Shown piece after piece: positions 55,107 through 64,000 of a stretch of DNA of 64,000 nt (position 1 is its first letter; every line of letters starts with the position of its first letter). The position numbers and the translations under genes were made by a program. Source of the stretch: the human T2T-CHM13v2.0 reference genome, Homo sapiens. The DNA is taken from NCBI RefSeq assembly GCF_009914755.1, contig NC_060938.1; one strand, 5' to 3'. A model generated the notes under the pieces. That model did no database searches. It was not told the origin of the DNA and worked only from the letters and a program-made list of their open reading frames with translations.

Positions 55107-57404
55107 CTTTGTATGAATAATATTCAATGAATTGTTTGTATGTCTGTCCGATGCTTTCCAGACTGGGTTAATGCCTGGGTCTCTTTCTTTAATTAAGCTT
55201 TGATTAAGATGCTCCCAGCAAATCCCACACTGAACATTTCCATTGCCCCCTCCCTCCCCCGCTTCTACTATGAGAGACCGAGATCCATGTGAGGTATTCT
55301 GTGATGAAGATCTTGTTCTGTTTTTATTATTAAGCGTACATCTTCCCCTTTTCTGATATTACCACTATGCATCATCAGTTAAGCTGTCACCAACCTGACC
55401 TCTGAGGCATTGGAATCATTCACTTGATGAAGCTTACTTTGGCATAAGCTAAGGGTTAGGAAAACCAACAGATTTCTAAAATATTGTGCATGGAAGGGCC
55501 ACTGGAAGTCCTCCATCACAGCCTGATAGCTACAAAAATGAGGGAACAAAGGCCCTTGAGGGACTTGCCAAAGTCAAATAGTCAATTACAGTGAGAGTTT
55601 GGACTAAATCTCCTGGTTCCAATTATTACATTCTTCCTATGACACCATTCCCTGATTCCTACAACCAAATTAGCCTCCTCTTTGAGCTTTAGTTTTCCCT
55701 CTAGGAAAAAAAAAAAAAGCATGTTAGACGAGGTCAGGGACTCTAAAACTGAGACCCTAGGTTCAGTTAAAATGCTGGGAAGGCTACTGTGATAGGGGTG
55801 GATGTCGGAGAGGAAGGACAGAGGTGGGGCTTCCCCTAGTTATATTTTTATCTGATTGGGATATTGAAATTATATTAAGAATTTATTTGGAAAAGCCACT
55901 TCTGTTACTTTTTAAAAAAAGATGTAGAGGCACAAGGCTAGATGTTGATCCTTGAGTGCAGATCTGATTCTTACATTTGGAGATCCTTAGAAAAGAAGTC
56001 TGTGAAGGCAAGCATTTGTCCTTTTTTGTCATAAAACCTGATTCTTGGGTATTCAGTGAATGACACTCATTGACCAACTGCAGGTCTGGCATGATCATCA
56101 CAAAGAATTGGCACTTTGAAAGTGAGAGAACAGTGGGAAGAGAAATTCTTAGGAAGCAAGCTATCTTTTCTAATCCTCTTTAAAAGGCCAAAATGTTCAC
56201 AACTTTCCCCTAAAACAGAAAGGTGACATTGCTCCTTAAGCAGCAGTATCATGCATGCTGTCCTCTGCCTTCCTAAGAAGTGCAGACAGAGGGCAGACCC
56301 TCCGAGTGAAGTACCTTTTTTTCTTATTTGAGCCTGCTCTGCATTGAGGGAGAGTTTGACACACCTCTTTAGGGTTCTGAGAATAGTTAACAGCTCTAAG
56401 AAAGAGATTTTTGTTCATAAGAAAAAACAAGAGAAACTGGAAGCAGTTCTCATTCATATTCTCTCTCTCGCCACACCCCCCACCCCACCTCCTCCCGCCT
56501 CTCCCTCTCCCTCTTCCTCTCTCTCCCTCTCTTCAGTATCTAATGTAAACCCAGGCTTTCTTTATGTTCTGTGCAGTTGGCCTGAGTTCTCTTCTGTTTT
56601 GGTCAAGATTCAAGTGGAAAAGACCTGAGCCTGTGTCTGCCTCCTTTCTCCTAATTTTGGTTTCTAATGTTTTACCCAAGAAGGGACTAGACCTTTGTTT
56701 CCCTACTCCTTTATCATAGCATGCTGGTTCTCAGACCTTTTCTGCACACTGCTAACATCCTTCTCACCTTTCTTTGCTTGGCTTTTTTTTTCACTGCAAG
56801 CTCTCCCATGTTCATTTCTCATTTGCCATCAGATTTAGAGTAACTGGCTTATGGCATCAAAGAATGAATCAGATGGGAGCAGCTAAGTAAACTGAATGAA
56901 GCTGCTTCCTTTCTCTTTTCCCATCCACAAATGATAAAATAGCCTGCCCAGCCAAGTGACGTGGCATTCAGGGGTTATGGTGGCTTGGCCATTTGTTTAA
57001 GTTTGCTTATTTGCAGTCACAGTTCTTTAGTATTTCAGTGATTTGGTTATCACTCAACAGTGCACACATTTCTTCTATAAAATTTGATAGTTACTTATCT
57101 ATCTCTGATTTTTCCCTCTGTGTTTTATTATATCTAGTTTAATTTTTCCCCTTTGTTGATTTCTGTTTTGTATATCTTGTTGCGGGATATACATGGAAGG
57201 GAGACGAGTTTCCAAAGATAATATAGATCCCAGTTTGCCTGTAAATTGATAACACCATTTGGAAACAAATCTTAAAACCTCACTGACACAGCATAAATAG
57301 AATTTACAGATCTTCTTGAAGCAAATCCAAATCTCCAGACTCTACTTTCTCCATTCTCCCCCACTCATCCTAACCTTCACGTACAGGGACCGCGTTACCA
57401 AGTG

Positions 57405-57760
57405 AGCCAACTAGACTCTTTCACACCTCTCTGCCTCTGCACATGCTGTTCCTTGGCCAGAAATGCCTTTTTTTTCTGCTTTACCTGACACATTTAGATT
57501 AGTCTTTTAAGACCTAATAGAAATGTCAAGTGCTCTGATATGCCTTCCCAGATGCCCATGAGCAAAGTCAGATGTTCTGCCTTCTGTTCCCCTATGGTAC
57601 TTTACTGATGTCCCTGTGACAGCTTCCTGCCACTCCAGCCCACTCAGTTGGGAGAACTTCAAGAGGTGAACAAAGTTTTATTCCTTTTTGGATTCCCAGT
57701 GTCTCATAGACCTTCTGGGACATATGGCACATTCAGTCTAGCTGAATGAGGTGATGAATC
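57405..57760 (+). mobile_element. L2 3' fragment
   Basis: gcctctgcacatgctgttccttggccagaaatgcc...ttcccagtgtctcataga...gctgaatga. Confidence 0.6.
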
Positions 57761-58601
57761 AATCCACTTACTCTCTCCAGTGCCTGAAACTTCTCAAGGA
57801 GCTTGTGCTCTCCTTTGCTCCTCTCTTTTCAACCAATCTGAAAATGCTTTTAAAAGATAATGTCTGTTTTCCAGTGCAGTCTTCTCACTTGGCATGTAAT
57901 TTCTCCATTTTTATTTCCTTTGTGAATATCAAGGTACAATTTCCATAGCTACCAGTCTAACCTGGAATCTTTTCATCTCAGTTTTGGAGTTCCACAACAG
58001 TGTCCTGGTGGATCTATCTTCTATATATTCCTACTATAATGTACACTCTTACCAGGTACCAATCAGTTGTTTCAAACCACATTTCTACTAAATGACCTCT
58101 CTGAAGTGATTCTGAACTGGCTTCCCTATTAGATGAAGACCAAACCTCTACTCTAAGCACTTAAGACAAATGGTTGCATTCATCTCAATGCTCCTTACTC
58201 CTCAATATTATCCATTACATTTTTTTGAGACAGATTGTTATTCTCTGACAGATTGTTATTCCTTCATCGTCCAAAAGGAGTCCTCACTTTGCTTAGACTG
58301 GAACACAAAATTTTATCTATTTTAATGTTCCGTCATATAATTATAATTATATTCTGTTATCTATTCCAAATTTTCAGAATTTTATCTATTGCAAATTTTA
58401 AGTATTCCAAGTTATAAACTTACGTCTTCCAAAAAGACTACCAGGATTAAACCAACCACTGAATCATCATTTCATTACTTCATATTACTACAAGTTAGAT
58501 TTGGGACACTGTAATATTTTAGCCCTGATTTTGCCCTTTTTATAGTGTCCATAGATAATTTAACTTCTTTGTATAAACTTCCATTATAAAATGAAGTTTT
58601 T

Positions 58602-58633
<32 letters not shown>

Positions 58634-58892
58634 TAAAACATTACACATTTAGGACATTTCATGATGAAATAAAAGTGTTTCAAATAGAAAATGATGGTTT
58701 ATTTGGGTTTATAAATCAAGAATTCTCAAGAGGGTATGAAACCCACTTCTCCCTTATCAACTCTAGGGATTTTCTGTAGTTTTGAAATTTGAAAAGCATA
58801 AAGTAAAATTATTATCATTTTGATTTGCTTGTAGTCATAATATTTAATTCACTTAGAAATATCAAATAACATTAAAAGAAAGGTGTGAAAAT

Positions 58893-59252
<360 letters not shown>

Positions 59253-59745
59253 TTATCTCACTCATATACACAGTCCAATATGGTTCCAGTTGGTGAGGGT
59301 TAGGGTTGTCATTCTGGGAGTTGGCCAGTAGAGATGCTACCATCTTCAGCATGTCTTCCAAAAGCTTCCTGGTATCAAAATCCAATTGTTGAAAGCAGAG
59401 AGAACATGAATAAGTTCATATGGAAGGATTTTATGGACTAAGACTAAAAGTAGTCCACATTAATTCAGTTCACATTCCACTAACCACATGGACACCCCTA
59501 ACTTCATTGGTGACTAAGAAATGTAGTCTAGACTATTCCCAGGAATAAGAGGAAATGGTTATACTGGAGAACTAGATGTCTAATATATATTACCTTACAT
59601 AGTTATCAAAGTCATTTTTAGTTTGGACATGGTCTTTACTAATGGGTTGCAAATGCTCTTTATGCAGATGTTTTATGTTTTATATTACTTTCCTATGCCC
59701 AACAGCATAAAATATAGAAGTCTGGATGGATTAGGCACTTGATGT

Positions 59746-60225
59746 GTGTATTAGCTTTTGATTGCTATGTAACAAATGACCACAATGTTAGTGGCATAAA
59801 ACAACATATGTTTATTGTGTCACAGTTTCTGTGGGTCAGGAGTCTAGGCACAGTGTGACTAGGTCCCCAGCAAGGCTGTAATCCAGTCGTTGATCAAGAC
59901 TGTATTTCTCATCTAAAGACTCAACAGGGGAAGGGTCTGCTTCCAAGCTAGCTCAGGTTGTTGTCAGATTTTACTTTCTTGTGGCAGCATGATTCTTTGA
60001 AGAATCAAGAATTCATGGTTGCTTGCTTCTTCAAAGCCAGCAACAGAGACTAAATCAAATCTAGCCAGATGGTCTTATATAATGTAAGATAACTACAGGA
60101 GTGACATCCCAACACCTTTGTAATATTGGTTAAGCAAATTACAGGTCTCATATACATTCAAGGGGAGGGGATTTTACAAAAGAATGACTACCAAGAAGCA
60201 GGATCACTGGAGCCTGTCCACCACA
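59746..60225 (-). mobile_element. MaLR LTR (MLT1E/F-like)
   Basis: tgtattagc...ctatgtaacaaatgaccaca...cacagtttctgtgggtcaggagtctaggcacag...ccaccaca. Confidence 0.8.
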
Positions 60226-61994
60226 GTAAATGACTGAAAAAATCTGGGTATTCCAGAGAACTACCACTTTACCTGAACATAGCTCTTTACACAAAACTAC
60301 ACAGAATTATGAAAGATCTCAAGAGAAAAGTGTTCCTTATTGCCAAGAGCTGGTTATTATGCTAGTAAAATCAGCAGTGCTCAGGAACAATATTTGCTAA
60401 GTTTCACAGTTATCAACCTTAACCCACACAATCATCTTTAGAATTGGATCCAGAACAAGATGGGACCATCTTAAACCTGGTACATTCTCATAAGGTTCAT
60501 TCTCATAAGACCCTAAAGCCTTCATTATATGGCATTTTTGAAACTCCTTTGTCATTTTAAATTTTTGTCTTTCCTAGCTCCCTTTTCCTCTACTATTCTA
60601 TCTAACTTAGGCAGCATTGAATTTCATTTTTTTTTCTCCTTAGTCTTTCTGTTTGACATTTTCCCTTCTAGCTTCATTTGTCCTTTAAGACAACCCCATA
60701 ACCTTTCATCTAGGGGAAAGAAATCTAAAAGAAAGCTCTAGAATGAGATTTTAGTTGACATATTCAATTTGCTTTAGAGGGGCATCACCCATACCTCTTC
60801 TTCCACTAGTGAGATCTCCTGAGAGGTGAAAATATGAGAGAATCAGAGCTGCTTATTTATATATCAACTATGGAAAGATCTTTCCTGCCTAATCTGACCT
60901 CTTCTTTGAAACTCCAAAAGTGACTTTTTGTGGTTAATTCTTCCAGGATATCTATGATGCAGTCCCACAGATATTAAAGGTTCAGGGCATCAAACTGAAA
61001 GATATAACAGCTCTAATAGACAGAGTCACATTTCTAAAAAGGAAAACCAAATTCTGAAGATATTTTCTGGCTCTGTGAACAGCTAAAAATACAAGGATAA
61101 TCGTTCCTATAGTCCTGGACTTTTAACACGGAAGCTAACTTGGAAGGAAAAATGACACTGAGCTATAGGAAGAGAAGAATAGAACAGACTTCAGTGAAAT
61201 CGGCCGCTTTTCTTTTCAAGGCACTTATTCCTAGATTAGCTCATCTATCTTTAAGTTTCATATGATTTTTACTATTTGGCATGACTTAAAACTACCAAGT
61301 TGGTGAAAGGTACATAGGAACTCTCTGTACTATTTTGCAACTTCTATGTGTCTAAAATTATTTTAAAATAAAAGGTAGCAAACATACAAACAAAACAAAT
61401 TATTGAGCTGGGAAGTGTTCCCCTTGCAAAAGTCTAGCAACTGGGGTAAAATTGTTTCTTTGAATACAAATGCCTAGTCTCTGATTAATAAAATACCAGG
61501 AAGAGGAAAAGAAGGAGCTGAAGAAAGAGAGAAAGAAATAGAGAAATGGGGATTTCCAGTTGCTGTAGATCTTGAGTAGGCAGGACCTTAGCACATGGTA
61601 TCTAGGTGCATATTGCCTGTCACTTTTCAATTATCTTTGCTGGCCCTGCCTCAATCAAAGCCCAAACCATACCCCAAGGGCACTCTGCATCGTTGAATTT
61701 ATAGATGAGATCTTTCTTTTGGGATAAAGAGCTATTCTCAACTTGACTATTATACCTTGGCCTTCATTCCCTAAAGAAAATGGGCAGGGAGGCTTGCAGA
61801 CAGAAGTATATAGTGTGGAAAATGAACCACCTCTTTTGACTCTTTGCAAGATTTGTGATGTCCTACTGGGATGCCTGGGCCCAGGCACATTCACCTTGAT
61901 TCTACATCAGAGACTTCTGTGTCTTCTTTCTCATAGTATGGGTTATTGGGTTGAGCAAATACTTTGTCATCAGTGTGTCTTATGGAGTAATTGA

Positions 61995-62232
61995 GAGCCT
62001 TGGATTTGAACTCATATCTATTTGGGCTCTATTTTGGGCTGTGTCACTTATGAACTGCATGACCTTGAGCAAATCACTGAAACTCTCTACAGTCCAGATT
62101 CGTAATCTATTAAATGGGGCTAATAATACCTCATGCATATGGCTGCCAACGGGAGTTAGTGAAATAATGTACATGAAATATTTAACACTAAACTTGGTGC
62201 CTAATGTATCTTCAGTAAATGATAACTATTGT
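61995..62232 (+). mobile_element. MIR
   Basis: catgaccttgagcaaatcactgaaactctct...aaatggggctaataatacctc...taaatgataactatt. Confidence 0.75.
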
Positions 62233-62321
62233 CATAGTCATCATTGCTTTTATACTTTTCGGCTTCCAGTGATTTCCAGTGACTACAGCCCTAAGGCCAT
62301 TGGGGGATATCTTTTTTATAA

Positions 62322-62730
<409 letters not shown>

Positions 62731-62896
62731 TAGTCAAAGAGGATGGAGAAAAACAGGGTTCAGTTTTATTTTCAGTTCAATGTTTCGACCATGACATCCA
62801 GTGCTGGCTTGATTACATTTTAGGAAACTGAATTCCTTCTCTAAAGAAATAGTCCAAAATTAAACACATATGGTTACTGTAATCAATAATAATGCT

Positions 62897-63200
62897 AACC
62901 AAGCATGCTGGCTCATGCCTATAATCACAGCACTTTGGGAGGCAGAGGCGGGTGGATCATTTGAGGATCACAGGAGTTTGAGATCAGCCTGGCCAACATG
63001 GTGAAACCCCGTCTCTACTAAAAATACAAAAATTAGCCGGTTCTGGTGGCACGGACCTGTAATCTCAGCTAGTCAGATGGCTGAGGCACAAGACTTGCTT
63101 GAACCTGGGAGGCGGAGTTGGAGTGAGCCAAAATCGTGCCACTGCACTCAAGTCTGGGTGACAGAGCAAGACTCTGTCTCAAAAATAATAATAATAATAA
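62897..63200 (+). mobile_element. AluS with (AAT)n tail
   Basis: TSD AATAATAATGCT at 62885-62896 and 63196-63207. Confidence 0.95.
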
Positions 63201-63234
63201 TAATGCTTTGTGCATTTCAAAATTACTAAAAGAG

Positions 63235-63625
<391 letters not shown>

Positions 63626-64000
63626 TTACCACTAAAAAAGATATGTGAAGTGATAGATGTATTAATTAGCTTGATTTAATCATTTCACAATGTCAACATA
63701 TATAAAAAATCACATCATACTCCGTAAATATATAAAATTGTAAGTCAACTAAAAATAAAATTTTAAAAAGGGAAACATAATAACTTTTATTATTTTGTAT
63801 TTTTAAAAATCAAAGTTAGGACACATATTGAGTTTCTCTGCTACTCAATGAACTGAAGGTTTTGGAAAACAAGACCAAAAAACAACAACCTCCAAAAAAG
63901 AAATAAAAGAAGATCATAGTTAAGGCCTTTCATGCAGTCAGCTCAGGGATCAAGGGTAGATCTCAACCCGCCTGTCACTGAGTATGCAGTGCTCACAGAT

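Overview
Primate (very likely human) AT-rich genomic DNA that is almost entirely intronic. It contains one recognisable coding exon: a 182-nt + strand internal exon (21175-21356) of NRXN3 (neurexin-3). It encodes the start of the LNS6/laminin-G domain and is the first exon shared by alpha- and beta-neurexin-3. The rest is two very long introns. They hold about 16 Alu copies or fragments (many with clear target-site duplications), L1/L2/MIR remnants, MaLR and ERV1 (LTR8A-like) solo LTRs, hAT and Tigger DNA-transposon fossils, and microsatellites. All other ORFs in the track are Alu-, repeat- or chance-derived. I found no convincing new gene or new biological system. The best-supported oddities are fossil repair scars: two diverged short templated insertions copied from 500-700 bp away, a trimeric chimeric Alu, an almost fully excised Alu and an internally deleted Alu. 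Testable RNA-processing hypotheses are also listed (intronic polyadenylation after the exon, recursive-splice-like sites, inverted Alu pairs, a G4 on a cryptic Alu acceptor), plus a few candidate enhancers. Repeat subfamily names come from recalled consensus sequences, were not verified by a search, and their boundaries are approximate.
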